DNA from: Nocardioides sp.
GTDB taxonomy: Bacteria > Actinomycetota > Actinomycetes > Propionibacteriales > Nocardioidaceae
DNA length: 64,000 bases
Reading direction: 5' to 3'
Assembly: GCA_035539555.1 (NCBI GenBank)
Contig: DATLIG010000155.1
Span: 2,422-66,421, forward strand
Part shown: piece after piece, positions 28,034 through 37,624 of the stretch
Layout: each line of letters opens with the position of its first letter
How positions within the stretch are numbered: the first letter of the stretch is position 1
Made by a program: the position numbers and the translations under genes
Notes under the pieces: generated by a model
What the model saw: the letters and a program-made list of their open reading frames with translations, nothing else
The model's database searches: none
Told to the model about the DNA's origin: nothing

Positions 28034-28852
28034 CTACTTGCCTTCTGCGGCGTTGGAAACGTGCGCCCACTCGGCCCACTCGGCCAGGCGCTGGTGGTAG
28101 ATGTGCGGTGCCATCTGGGTGGGGCCCTCTCCGAAGAACACGCGCAGCGGCGGCTGTTCGGCGTCGACGACCGTGAGGATCGCGGACTTGAAGCCGATCG
28201 GCTCGGGGAGCACGACCTGCGCCCGCATCGCGGCCATGTTCGAGTGCAGGGCCGCATAGGCGGGGTGCGCGTCGGCGACGATGGCGGAGGCGCCGGACCA
28301 GTCGGTGGCGAAGCCGCCGGGTTCGACCAGAGTGACCTTGACGCCGAAGCCGGCGACTTCCTGCGCGAGTGCGTCGGTCATCCCTTCCAGGGCCCACTTC
28401 GACGTGTGATACCCGCCGAGGGTCGGGAACGCGACGATGCCGCCGATGGTCGAGATCTGGATGATGTGCCCAGCCTGCTGCTCGCGAAGGATCGGAAGGA
28501 CCGCCTGCGTGACGTGGAAGACGCCGAACAGGTTGGTCTCGAGTTGGTCGCGCAGCTGCTGCTCGGTGATCTCCTCGACCGTTCCGAAGAGCCCGTATCC
28601 CGCGTTGTTGATGACCACGTCGATCCGCCCGAAGTGCTCGTGCGTGGACGCCACGGCGGCGAACACCTGGTCGCGGTTGGTGACGTCGAGCTCGACCGGG
28701 AGCACGGCGTCGCCGTACTTCTCGACCAGGTCACTCAGCGTGTCGGTGTTGCGGGCGGTCGCTGCGACCCTGTCGCCCCGCTCGAGGGCGGCGAAGGCGA
28801 ACTCGCGGCCAAAGCCTTTGGACGAACCGGTGATGAACCAGACCTTGCTCAT
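28034..28852 (-). CDS. SDR family oxidoreductase (paralogue 1)
   Basis: WFITGSSKGFG, NNAGYG, YHTSK. Confidence 0.93.
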   Translation of the reverse strand: MSKVWFITGSSKGFGREFAFAALERGDRVAATARNTDTLSDLVEKYGDAVLPVELDVTNRDQVFAAVASTHEHFGRIDVVINNAGYGLFGTVEEITEQQLRDQLETNLFGVFHVTQAVLPILREQQAGHIIQISTIGGIVAFPTLGGYHTSKWALEGMTDALAQEVAGFGVKVTLVEPGGFATDWSGASAIVADAHPAYAALHSNMAAMRAQVVLPEPIGFKSAILTVVDAEQPPLRVFFGEGPTQMAPHIYHQRLAEWAEWAHVSNAAEGK

Positions 28853-28937
28853 GATGTGAATCTCCTGATGGTTAGGACAGCCGCCCGCACGGGGGGCCGT
28901 TCCGGCTTGATGTGTCCCGGCCGAAGTCGGGCGGTTC

Positions 28938-29756
28938 CTACTTGCCTTCCGCGGCCTTGGACAGGTGCGCCCACTCGGCCCAGGTCTCCAGGCGCTGCTG
29001 GTAGACCGTGGGGATCCACTGGGTGGGCTGCTCGCCGAAGAACACGCGCAGCGGCGGCTCGTCTGCGTCGACGAGCTGGAGGATCGCGTCGCCGACCCCA
29101 TCGGGGCTGGGCGCCTGGGCGGAGGCGCCCGGATCGGTCAGCGCCGCGTACAGGGGTCCGTAGGCGTCGTGGGTGTGCGCGGTGAAGACCGATGAGCTCG
29201 AGAAGTCGGTGGCGAAGGCACCGGGCTCGATCAGGGTGACCTTGATGCCGAAGGCCGCGACTTCCTGGGCGAGCGCTTCGCTCATGCCCTCCAAGGCGAA
29301 CTTGGACGCGGAGTAGCCGCCCACTCCGCCGAAGGTGGCCACCCCCATGGCCGAGGAGATCTGGATGATGTGGCCGCTGCCCTGGGCACGCAGGACGGGC
29401 AGTACCGCCTGGGTGACGTGCAAGACGCCGAACACGTTGGTCTCCATCTGGTCGCGCAGTTCCTGCTCGCCGAGGTCCTCCACGGCGCCGATCAGGGCGT
29501 AGCCGGCGTTGTTGACCACCACGTCCAGGCGGCCGAACCGCTCCGTGGCGGCGGCGACGGCCTCGAACACCCCCGCGCGGTCGGTGACGTCCAGGCGCAG
29601 CGGCAGCACGGCGTCGCCGTACTTCTCGACCAGGTCGCTCAGCGTCGCGGTGTTGCGGGCGGTCGCGGCGACCTTGTCGCCGCGCTCGAGCGCAGCGAGG
29701 GCGAACTCGCGGCCGAAACCGCGCGATGAACCGGTGATGAACCAGACTTTGCTCAT
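28938..29756 (-). CDS. SDR family oxidoreductase (paralogue 2)
   Basis: WFITGSSRGFG, NNAGY, YSASK. Confidence 0.93.
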   Translation of the reverse strand: MSKVWFITGSSRGFGREFALAALERGDKVAATARNTATLSDLVEKYGDAVLPLRLDVTDRAGVFEAVAAATERFGRLDVVVNNAGYALIGAVEDLGEQELRDQMETNVFGVLHVTQAVLPVLRAQGSGHIIQISSAMGVATFGGVGGYSASKFALEGMSEALAQEVAAFGIKVTLIEPGAFATDFSSSSVFTAHTHDAYGPLYAALTDPGASAQAPSPDGVGDAILQLVDADEPPLRVFFGEQPTQWIPTVYQQRLETWAEWAHLSKAAEGK

Positions 29757-30760
29757 GATGTTGTCCTTGTGTTGGTGAGGATGGTGCGGAGCTTGGCGCT
29801 CTGCTGGTCGATCGCCTGCGGGCCGTTGCCGGTGAGCAGCCGTACGGACGGCTCGTAGGCCAGGAGCGGTGCGGCGATGTTGACCGACGTCGCGAGGGTG
29901 AAGCCGGCCTCCTTGATCGCCTTGTCGACGAAGTAGGTGAGTCGGGTCTTCTGGCCGGGGACGCGGGGGTAGAGGAACCGGAGCGCGAAGCGCTCGCCGA
30001 TCGCGGGGACGGTCGAGATGGACGCGGCAAGGAACGGGTTGTCCGTCACGGTGCATGCGACGCCCTGTGCATCGATGCGCTGGCGGGTGGAGGTCACCGC
30101 AATGGGTGCGTGGCAGATCAGCGAGATGGTGACGTCGTTCTCCCGGGCCAGGTGCAGGGTTTCGCCGACCCACGCGTTGTCATGGAAGTCGACCATCGGG
30201 GCGTGACCACCGGGTGCGTGGATGAAGTCGAAGTCGGCGAAGGTGAACGAGTCGGCCGGGTCGCGGTGCCGCTCGACGAGCTCCTTCAGCGACTGGAAGG
30301 TGCCTTCCGGCAGCTTCTCGAGGCGGCGGATCAACTCGGGGCGGTACTCGGCGAGCTCCGGTTCGCTGTTGGGCAGCAACTCCGAGACCGGGATCCGGCC
30401 GATGTGGCGCTCCAGCAACTGGACCTCCTGCTCCCGGCGGGCGACCAGCTCGGGGTGGCGTGCCCGGAATCGACCGACGTCGTAGGAGCGCCGGCGCTGC
30501 TCGATCCGCATCGGGATGGCCTTGGCGCCGGTCTTCTCGATCGACTGCACCGACAGCGCCATGCCGTTGATGTCGAGCTGCGGGGCGTTGCCGTCGGGGG
30601 TGGCGAAGGTGAACTCGTAGTCGTCCTCGAACTCCTTGAGCACCTGGGCCATTTCGACCAGGAAGAACCCGGTCGAGATCGACTCGACGTCGGCCGGCGC
30701 GACCAGCGGCAACTGGCGAGCCGAGGAGATGAGGATCAGTGCGCGGAGCTTCGTTGTCAT
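29753..30760 (-). CDS. DJ-1/PfpI (Hsp31-like) class I glutamine amidotransferase-like protein
   Basis: TGFFLVEM, FATPDG, PGGHAPMVD, LICHAP, LLTGNGPQ. Confidence 0.82.
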   Translation of the reverse strand: MTTKLRALILISSARQLPLVAPADVESISTGFFLVEMAQVLKEFEDDYEFTFATPDGNAPQLDINGMALSVQSIEKTGAKAIPMRIEQRRRSYDVGRFRARHPELVARREQEVQLLERHIGRIPVSELLPNSEPELAEYRPELIRRLEKLPEGTFQSLKELVERHRDPADSFTFADFDFIHAPGGHAPMVDFHDNAWVGETLHLARENDVTISLICHAPIAVTSTRQRIDAQGVACTVTDNPFLAASISTVPAIGERFALRFLYPRVPGQKTRLTYFVDKAIKEAGFTLATSVNIAAPLLAYEPSVRLLTGNGPQAIDQQSAKLRTILTNTRTTS

Positions 30761-30781
30761 GCCGCCACCATAGGCCATACC

Positions 30782-30796
30782 TGACACTCGGTGTCA
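30782..30796. promoter_or_regulatory. Likely TetR operator between divergent genes
   Basis: Palindrome TGACAC-tcg-GTGTCA. Confidence 0.65.
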
Positions 30797-30825
30797 AATA
30801 TGCATCTTTGTGTTACCCTTCATTC

Positions 30826-31422
30826 ATGAAGAGCGATCCCCTTCCGGTCCGCGAACGCACCCGCCGGGCCGTCCGCGACGAGCTGTCGCAGCTCGCCAAG
30901 GAACTGTTCGTCGAGAAGGGCTACGACGAGACCACCATCGACGACCTCGCAGCCGCCGCCGGCATGTCCAGGCGCACGTTCTTCCGCTACTTCGCCTCGA
31001 AGGAAGAGCTCATCGTGGGCAAGTACGAAACCCTCGGCGAACAGCTCGCTGAAGATGTCGCCGCGCGTCCGGCCGACGAACCCCTGTGGACTTCGCTGCG
31101 GCAGGCGTTCGGCCGGATCGTCGAGTACGCCGAGAACGACGCCCACAAGGCCGAGTCGGTCGCCCTGGAGAACATCGTGCGCGACCATCCGGCCCTCAAC
31201 GCCAGCTACCTCGACCGCGTGTCCAGGATGCAAGAACTCGTCCTCGACCAGGTCCGCATCCGCACCGGCCAGCAGGACCTCACCGACCCACGCACACCAG
31301 CCATCGTCGGCGCCGCCTTCTCCTGCCTCATCGCAGCCTGGGCCACCTGGCTCGCTCCGAACCAGACACAGCCCTTCGGCGACCTGCTCGACCAAGCGAT
31401 GAATGCCATCCATCCCACCTGA
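30826..31422 (+). CDS. TetR family regulator
   Basis: LFVEKGYDETTIDDLAAAAGMSRRTFFRYFASKEEL. Confidence 0.93.
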   Translation: MKSDPLPVRERTRRAVRDELSQLAKELFVEKGYDETTIDDLAAAAGMSRRTFFRYFASKEELIVGKYETLGEQLAEDVAARPADEPLWTSLRQAFGRIVEYAENDAHKAESVALENIVRDHPALNASYLDRVSRMQELVLDQVRIRTGQQDLTDPRTPAIVGAAFSCLIAAWATWLAPNQTQPFGDLLDQAMNAIHPT

Positions 31423-31459
31423 CGCGCCGAGCAGGCACTCCCGCACCGGAGAATCTTGG

Positions 31460-31566
31460 GTCACGGTGTTGGGTGTTCTTGTCTGCGGCAATCCATCGCA
31501 ACGTAACGAGCTCAGACGAGGCGTGGCCGCGCGGTGATGCGAGTGCCGTCGACCCCGGCGTTCTCG
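31460..31566 (-). pseudogene. Decayed fragment of a second tyrosine recombinase
   Basis: Minus strand encodes ENAGVDGTRITA, then GHASS..WIAA..QHRD, matching EAAGLDGTRITA-HSLRA-GHAT..RIAAQTRHKD of the intact integrase. Confidence 0.65.
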
Positions 31567-31889
31567 TCACCTTGCGGTAGCCGACGCCGCCGCAGGAACG
31601 GTCGTCAAGCGGCCTGCTTCTCTGAGCCCCCGGCGAGGACCCGCTCGGTCAGGCCGTGTCGTCACGCTTTGTCCACGCAACGCCTTCAGGTGGGTTGAAC
31701 CGCGAAGGTGATTGAACGGGTCACCAGTTGGATTTGACCCGTCATCGGAAAGGCATCAGATATGACCGGCAAAGGTTCCGAGACCTTGCGATACAGTTGA
31801 AGCCGTCCAATGGGAACCTCCTCAACAACACGAGGTTTTCCAGAGGGACCCGAAGTTTGCGGTAGTGGGATCAGGCCCTCCGATCTCGT

Positions 31890-31924
31890 CCAGAGGTCGC
31901 AGGTTCAAATCCTGCCCCCGCTAC
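31890..31924 (+). repeat. att site: duplicated tRNA-fMet 3' end
   Basis: CCAGAGGTCGCAGGTTCAAATCCTGCCCCCGCTAC identical to 26657-26691. Confidence 0.95.
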
Positions 31925-31930
31925 AAATAG

Positions 31931-31967
31931 CAGGGCCTGATCAGCAGAGATGCAGATCAGGCCCTGT
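31931..31967 (+). terminator. Hairpin after att site
   Basis: CAGGGCCTGATC...GATCAGGCCCTG. Confidence 0.6.
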
Positions 31968-32397
31968 TGCGTTGGCGGGACTAGTGCCGAAGTTCGAAGA
32001 CTGCCTGGTTGAGCCTCAAGATCAGCTGGTCGTTCTGCTGACGACTCCGCATGGCGTTGTTGGCAGCCGACATGTGTTGGCCGCGTTGCCATCGATGATG
32101 GTCCGTTCGATCCGCTGATGGCCCGAGGCCACCACGTCCTTCAGGTCGGCGCCTGCGACTGCTTCGTTCGCGTACCGAGTCAGCCGCTCGACGGCGGCCA
32201 CCCCGTCGTCCACGTGAGACCTCGGCATGTTCGGGTGTCTCACTGCCGACGCCCCGCTCCGGAGGCTCCCCGCCTCGGGCCGAGTCGGCGGTGAAGAAGG
32301 GCGCAGACCCGGGACGATTCACCTCGCAGGCGACGGATCGTTGCTCATTCGGCCATGGCCATGGCCGCTGGTGGACGGTGCCGGTGGTGGGGTCCGT

Positions 32398-33396
32398 TCA
32401 TGGCGTCATGGTCATGACGGTCTTGCCGCGGGTGCCGTCGGTGCCGATCCTGCCGAGGGCGTTGGGCAGTTCGGTGAAGGGAATCGTCGCGCCCACGACC
32501 GGTCGGATGACTCCGGCATCGACGAGCTCGGCCAGCTGGGCCAGTTGTTCGCCGCTGGCGTGCATGTAGAGGAAGTCGTAGGTCACGCCGCGGCGCTTCG
32601 CTGCTCGGCGCACCTTCGCGCTGAGGGCCCAGAACACCAGTCGGAGCACGGGGCTGAGGCCGAGGGCGGAGGCGAACGCCGGAGTCGGCGGTCCGGCGAT
32701 CCCGATGAGCTTCCCGCCGCGCTTGAGCACGCTCACCGACCTCAGCACGCTCTCGGCCCCGACGCCGTCGACGACCAGGTCGTAGTCGGTGAGGAGGTCC
32801 TCGAAACGTTGGGTCCGGTAGTCCACGACGACGTCGGCGCCGAGCTCGCGCGCGAGTTCAGCGTTGGAGCCGCTGACGGTGGTGGCCACGGTCGCCCCCA
32901 GGTGCTTGGCGAGCTGGATCGCGACGGTGCCCACGCCGCCTGTGCCGGCGTGGATGAGGACCTTCTGGCCGGCCTGCAGGTGGCCGATCTCGACGAGTGC
33001 CTGCCACGCCGTGAGGCCGACGAGGGGGAGCCCTCCCGCTTCCTCCATCGAGATGCTGGAGGGTCGGTGGGACACGTCGGCCTCGTCGATGGCCACCAGC
33101 TCGGCGAAGGTGCCCATGCGAGAGACGCGCGGACGTGACCAGATCTCGTCGCCCACGGCGTACGAGGTGACATCACGACCGATGGCCACGACGGTGCCAG
33201 CGACATCGTTGCCGAGGGTGAAGGGAGGGCTGGAGGGAACGACCGCCTTGAACTCGCCGGTGCGGATCTTCTCGTCGAACTGGTTGAGGCCGGCCGCCGC
33301 CACTCTGACGAGGACGTCACTCGGACCGACCGACGGCTCGGGGACATCGGTCAGCCTGATGGGTTGCTTGTACCTGGTGACTTGGAATGCGCGCAT
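32398..33396 (-). CDS. NADP-dependent MDR (quinone-reductase-like) oxidoreductase
   Basis: LGNDVAG, PLVGLTAWQAL, VLIHAGTGGVG, RGKTV. Confidence 0.92.
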   Translation of the reverse strand: MRAFQVTRYKQPIRLTDVPEPSVGPSDVLVRVAAAGLNQFDEKIRTGEFKAVVPSSPPFTLGNDVAGTVVAIGRDVTSYAVGDEIWSRPRVSRMGTFAELVAIDEADVSHRPSSISMEEAGGLPLVGLTAWQALVEIGHLQAGQKVLIHAGTGGVGTVAIQLAKHLGATVATTVSGSNAELARELGADVVVDYRTQRFEDLLTDYDLVVDGVGAESVLRSVSVLKRGGKLIGIAGPPTPAFASALGLSPVLRLVFWALSAKVRRAAKRRGVTYDFLYMHASGEQLAQLAELVDAGVIRPVVGATIPFTELPNALGRIGTDGTRGKTVMTMTP

Positions 33397-33406
33397 GGAA
33401 CCAACG

Positions 33407-33423
33407 CTATACGTTTCGTATAG
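33407..33423. promoter_or_regulatory. Palindromic operator TATAC-N5-GTATA
   Basis: CTATACGtttCGTATAG; related copy at 34192-34208. Confidence 0.55.
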
Positions 33424-33453
33424 TGAATGCTAACGTAACGTGTATGCCTTCGG

Positions 33454-34149
33454 TCACTCCGTGGCTAGCTGAGAGGACGCGACGCGCGCGTCGGGAAGGC
33501 AGGCGAGGGCGCGGTAGAGCTCGACGAAGGCAGTGCGCGTCCCGCCCAGGATCGTCGCCCGTCCGTCCTTGACCGCCTGCGACGGCGTCAGTGTGCGGCG
33601 TGCGAGTTCGATGAAGGTCTGCAGATCACAGGAGACGCGCACGATCGGGCTGCTCGGCGACGGACCCGACCGGGCCAAGAATCGGCCGTCGCGCAGCTGC
33701 AGATGGAAGAGCTCATCCCCGACGTGGAACTCGAAGTCGTCTCGACGTGCTGGGTCGAGGAGTTTCGTTTGGGTGCCCGTGAGGGCCATGGCGATGAGTT
33801 CCGCACGGGTGGTGTGGGGATCGATGCGTTCGTCGACCGGAAGGTCGAGCCCCCACAGGCCCAACGCGATGAGCGGCTCGCGGAGCCGCTCGCCCAGATC
33901 GGTCAATTCATAGGCGGGCACGGAGGCCGGAGCGGGCAGTGTCGTGCGGCGGACGATCCCCGCTTCCTCGAGGCCCTTGAGTCGATCGGACAGCCGGTTG
34001 CCTCCGATACCGGGCAGTTCGGCGGCGAGGCTCTTGAAGCGCTTGGGCCCCAGGAGCAGTTCGCGAATCACCAACAGCGTCCAGCGTTCGCCGAGGACGT
34101 CGAGCGAGCGAGCGATGGAGCACATCTGGCCGTACGTCTTGGTCGTCAC
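33454..34149 (-). CDS. HxlR-family wHTH regulator with C-terminal SCP2-like domain
   Basis: YGQMCSIARSLDVLGERWTLLVIRELLLGPKRF, YELT; TACACT-N6-GTG (alternative start 34173). Confidence 0.88.
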   Translation of the reverse strand: MTTKTYGQMCSIARSLDVLGERWTLLVIRELLLGPKRFKSLAAELPGIGGNRLSDRLKGLEEAGIVRRTTLPAPASVPAYELTDLGERLREPLIALGLWGLDLPVDERIDPHTTRAELIAMALTGTQTKLLDPARRDDFEFHVGDELFHLQLRDGRFLARSGPSPSSPIVRVSCDLQTFIELARRTLTPSQAVKDGRATILGGTRTAFVELYRALACLPDARVASSQLATE

Positions 34150-34254
34150 GCCTTGAGTGTAAGTCGTTGACATACCTTTTCGGCCCTGGCGCTATACATC
34201 GCGTATACCAGGCGCGGACGCGATGGGTGATCGGCGAAACGGTAGTCTCGCGGG

Positions 34255-35529
34255 ATGGCGATGGGCGTGAGCGCGGGTGGGTCGGCCGGCCTCCCCGCGT
34301 CGTTGGTGAGCGAGTTGCGCCGTACCGCCACCCAGTTGCTCGGGAACGTGTCGGCTTACGCCGATGACATGCTCGGCTACATCCTCGAACGGATCCCTGA
34401 AGCCGATGCTGATGACCACCTCCGCGGCCTGACGCTGGGGTCGTGCTCGTCGAACCTCGAGGCAGCGCTGTCGATGGTGCGGGCCGGCATCGACGTGACT
34501 TCCGCGACGGCCCCGGTCACCGCTCTGGAGCATGCGCGCGCAATGGCGGCCCGCGGCTACAGCGTCGATGTGATGCTGCGCTTCTATCGGATCGGTCACG
34601 CCTACTTCAATGAGCGCATCCTCACCGGGATCACCGATGTGGTGCCCGACCCGGCGCTCACCCTTGCGGTGGTGGCCGACCTGCAGCGCTTCGCCTTCGC
34701 CTATGTCGACCGCATTTCCAGCGAGGTCGCGGCCGAGTACGTCGCTGAGCTCGACCGCATGCAGAACCGGGTCCGCGCCGCCCGCACTGATGCGGTCCGC
34801 GGGTTGATCGCCGGTCACCAGATCGACGTCGAACGTGCCGAGCGAACCCTGTCGCACCGGCTCACCGGATGGCAGACCGCCTTCGTCTGCTGGAGCGATC
34901 GCGATGACGCCGATCTCGCGCGCGTCGGTGCCGTGGTCGGTGCTCACTTCGGTTCCTCTCGCCCCCTGCTCCTGCCGGACGGCGCCCAGGCGCTGTGGGG
35001 TTGGGTCGCCACCACGCGCCCTCCCGTGCTGGCGCCGGCGGACCTCGCAGCGTTGGCCGACCAGGTCCCCACGTCGGTCCGGATCTCCATCGGTACGCCG
35101 GCGCAGGGCGCGGGCGGCTTCCGGGACTCCCACGCCCAGGCGCAGCGCGGGCGTCGGATCATCGAGCTCTCCGGCAGGGGAGCTCCGGTGACGGCGTACG
35201 CCGAGATCGCGCTGGTCGACGCGATGAGCGGCGACCTGGACCTCGCCCGTGCCTTCGTCGCGAGCGAGCTCGGTGCCCTGGCGAGCGAGGGGCGCCGCGA
35301 GGACGAGGAACGACGGGCGCTGCTGGCAGTGCTCGACGCACAAGGCGGGCTGGCCGCTGCGGCCGAGGAGCTGGGCGTGCACCGCAACACGGTGCTGCAG
35401 CGGGTGCGCCGGGCGGAGGAACGTCGAGGGCGTCCCGCGACGGCGCGGGTTGCCGAGCTGCATGCAGCGCTGCGGGTGGTCCAGGTGCTCGGCCCCGTGG
35501 TGCTCACCTCGGAACCCCGCCGAACCTGA
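34255..35529 (+). CDS. PucR/CdaR family transcriptional regulator
   Basis: LRFYRIGH, GFRDSHAQA, C-terminal HTH AAEELGVHRNTV. Confidence 0.9.
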   Translation: MAMGVSAGGSAGLPASLVSELRRTATQLLGNVSAYADDMLGYILERIPEADADDHLRGLTLGSCSSNLEAALSMVRAGIDVTSATAPVTALEHARAMAARGYSVDVMLRFYRIGHAYFNERILTGITDVVPDPALTLAVVADLQRFAFAYVDRISSEVAAEYVAELDRMQNRVRAARTDAVRGLIAGHQIDVERAERTLSHRLTGWQTAFVCWSDRDDADLARVGAVVGAHFGSSRPLLLPDGAQALWGWVATTRPPVLAPADLAALADQVPTSVRISIGTPAQGAGGFRDSHAQAQRGRRIIELSGRGAPVTAYAEIALVDAMSGDLDLARAFVASELGALASEGRREDEERRALLAVLDAQGGLAAAAEELGVHRNTVLQRVRRAEERRGRPATARVAELHAALRVVQVLGPVVLTSEPRRT

Positions 35530-35605
35530 ACGCATGTGCTGCGCGCACACGTACCTGGGCTCGGCAGCACTGGTCGGGGTGGCCCGCGGTTCGTAGATTG
35601 CGGCC

Positions 35606-37618
35606 ATGTCAGCGACCACCGAGCAATCTGCGCCCGTAGTCACGCGCCACGCGCTTCCCGACCCGGGTGAGGGGATTCCGACGATCTCGTGGCCCGTGGT
35701 GGGCATCTTCCTCGGTGCCCTGGCGGTCTTCGCGTTCTCCACGTGGGCCGCAGTGACCGACACGCTTCCTGTCCTGGCGACGATCCTGATCAGTGCGGCC
35801 GCCATCTTCGTGCTGTTCACGGTGCTGCACGACGCTGCGCACTACTCGGTGAGCACGCACCGCTGGGTCAATGTGGCCTTCGGCCGGGCCGCGATGCTCT
35901 TCGTCACGCCGCTGATCTCCTTCAAGTCCTTCGCCTTCATCCACATCGAGCACCACCGCAACACCAACGAGGACGACGGCAGCGATCCCGACCACTTCGT
36001 CAGCGGCGCCCCGATGTGGCAGCTTCCCCTGCGGTTCCCGCTGATGGACGTTCCCTACCTGACCTTCCTGGTACGCAACGTGCGTCGCCGACCGCGCGCA
36101 GAGGTGCTGGAGACCGCGGTCCTGATGGGCACGACCGTCGCGGTGATCGTCGTCTGCGCGGTCACGGGACACCTGTGGACCGCCGCGGTGCTCTACCTGA
36201 TCCCCGCGCGGGTTGCCATGTTCGTCCTGGCCTGGTGGTTCGACTGGTTGCCGCACCACGACCTCGAGGACACGCAACAGGAGAACCGCTACCGCGCCAC
36301 CCGCAACCGCGTCGGCGCTGAATGGCTCCTCACGCCCCTGCTGCTCTCGCAGAACTACCACCTCGTCCACCACCTGCACCCCTCGATCCCGTTCCACCGT
36401 TACGTCGCGACCTGGCGACGCAACGAGGAGGCCTACCTCGAGCGCGATGCTGCGATCGGCACCGTCTTCGGCCAGCAGCTCGGCCCCGACGAGTACCGCG
36501 ACTGGAAGGCGCTGAACGGCAAGCTGGCCCGGCTCCTCCCGGTGCGGATGCCGAAGCGATCCTCCGCCCATGCCGCGGTGTTCCACCCGGTCCCTGTCGC
36601 GAGCGTCGACCGGCTCACGGAGGACAGCGTGCTGATCCGCTTCGACGTGCCCGACGACCTGCGCGACGAGTTCGCCTTCGAGGCCGGCCAGCACGTCACC
36701 GTTCGCACCGACCTGGGAGGAGAGGGCGTACGCCGCAACTACTCCATCTGCTCCTCGGCCACCTCCGAGACACTCGCCATCGCCGTCAAGCACATCCCCG
36801 GCGGGGCGTTCTCGACCTTCGCGATGGAGCAGCTCCGAGCCGGCGACACCCTCGAGCTGATGACACCGACCGGCTCATTCGGCACCCCGCTGCACCCGCT
36901 CGCCACGAAGAACTATGTGGCAGTCGTCGCCGGCAGCGGCATCACTCCCGCGCTCTCGATCCTGCAGACGACGCTCGCCGTCGAGACGGAGAGTCGCTTC
37001 ACGCTGGTCTACGGCAACCGGGACGCCGACAGCACAATGTTCCGTGAGGAGCTGGACGCTCTCGAAGCGCGCTACGCCGACCGGCTCCGGATCATCCACG
37101 TGCGCTCCCGCGACCCCCGGCACCCGGCACATCTGCGCGGCCGTATCGACCGTTCGAAGCTCGCGGAATGGCTTGGCACCCACCTGGCCACGTCCGCGGT
37201 CGACGAGTGGTTCCTGTGCGGACCCGTGGAGATGGTGACCGATCTGCGCGGCGTTCTGATCGAGCGTGGGACCGACCCAGACCACGTCCACGTGGAACTC
37301 TTCCACGGCTACCAGAATCCCAAGGTCGCCGACGACTTCACCCCGGCGACGGTCGCGGTCGGACTGCGCGCCCACCAGCACGAGGTCTCGTTGACAGCCG
37401 GCGACACTGTCCTCGAGGCCGCCCTCAAGGCGGGACTGGACGCGCCGTACGCCTGTCTCGGCGGAGCATGCGGCACCTGCAAGGCGAAGGTGCTCCTGGG
37501 CTCGGTGACGATGGAACAGAACTTCGCCCTGTCGCCAGCTGTTGTCGAAGCCGGGTACGTGCTCACCTGCCAATCGCATCCGACGACCCCGTCGGTCGCC
37601 GTCGACTACGACGTCTGA
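35606..37618 (+). CDS. Fusion: membrane di-iron desaturase/hydroxylase (CrtR-like) + FAD/NAD reductase + 2Fe-2S ferredoxin
   Basis: His boxes HDAAH, HIEHH, NYHLVHH; RNYSI, AGSGITP, LCGP; CLGGACGTC...LTCQ. Confidence 0.88.
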   Translation: MSATTEQSAPVVTRHALPDPGEGIPTISWPVVGIFLGALAVFAFSTWAAVTDTLPVLATILISAAAIFVLFTVLHDAAHYSVSTHRWVNVAFGRAAMLFVTPLISFKSFAFIHIEHHRNTNEDDGSDPDHFVSGAPMWQLPLRFPLMDVPYLTFLVRNVRRRPRAEVLETAVLMGTTVAVIVVCAVTGHLWTAAVLYLIPARVAMFVLAWWFDWLPHHDLEDTQQENRYRATRNRVGAEWLLTPLLLSQNYHLVHHLHPSIPFHRYVATWRRNEEAYLERDAAIGTVFGQQLGPDEYRDWKALNGKLARLLPVRMPKRSSAHAAVFHPVPVASVDRLTEDSVLIRFDVPDDLRDEFAFEAGQHVTVRTDLGGEGVRRNYSICSSATSETLAIAVKHIPGGAFSTFAMEQLRAGDTLELMTPTGSFGTPLHPLATKNYVAVVAGSGITPALSILQTTLAVETESRFTLVYGNRDADSTMFREELDALEARYADRLRIIHVRSRDPRHPAHLRGRIDRSKLAEWLGTHLATSAVDEWFLCGPVEMVTDLRGVLIERGTDPDHVHVELFHGYQNPKVADDFTPATVAVGLRAHQHEVSLTAGDTVLEAALKAGLDAPYACLGGACGTCKAKVLLGSVTMEQNFALSPAVVEAGYVLTCQSHPTTPSVAVDYDV

Positions 37619-37624
37619 GTCCTG

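Larger units (their letters stand above)
26657..31924. mobile_element. Small integrative element in tRNA-fMet 3' end
   Basis: 35-bp direct repeat 26657-26691 = 31890-31924; tyrosine recombinase adjacent to tRNA. Confidence 0.85.

Noticed and set aside
31890-31924. Second tRNA-Met gene
   Set aside because: Only the 3' 35 nt are present; it is an att site
31981-32322. ORFs 31981-32322(-) and 32022-32243(-) as genes
   Set aside because: No clear start signals or family; at most decayed fragments
33410-33445. loxP-like look (ACGTTTCGTATA-8 nt-TAACGTAACGT) near a Cre-like recombinase
   Set aside because: Right arm has an indel and mismatch, it lies outside the island, and it is better explained as a transcription-factor operator
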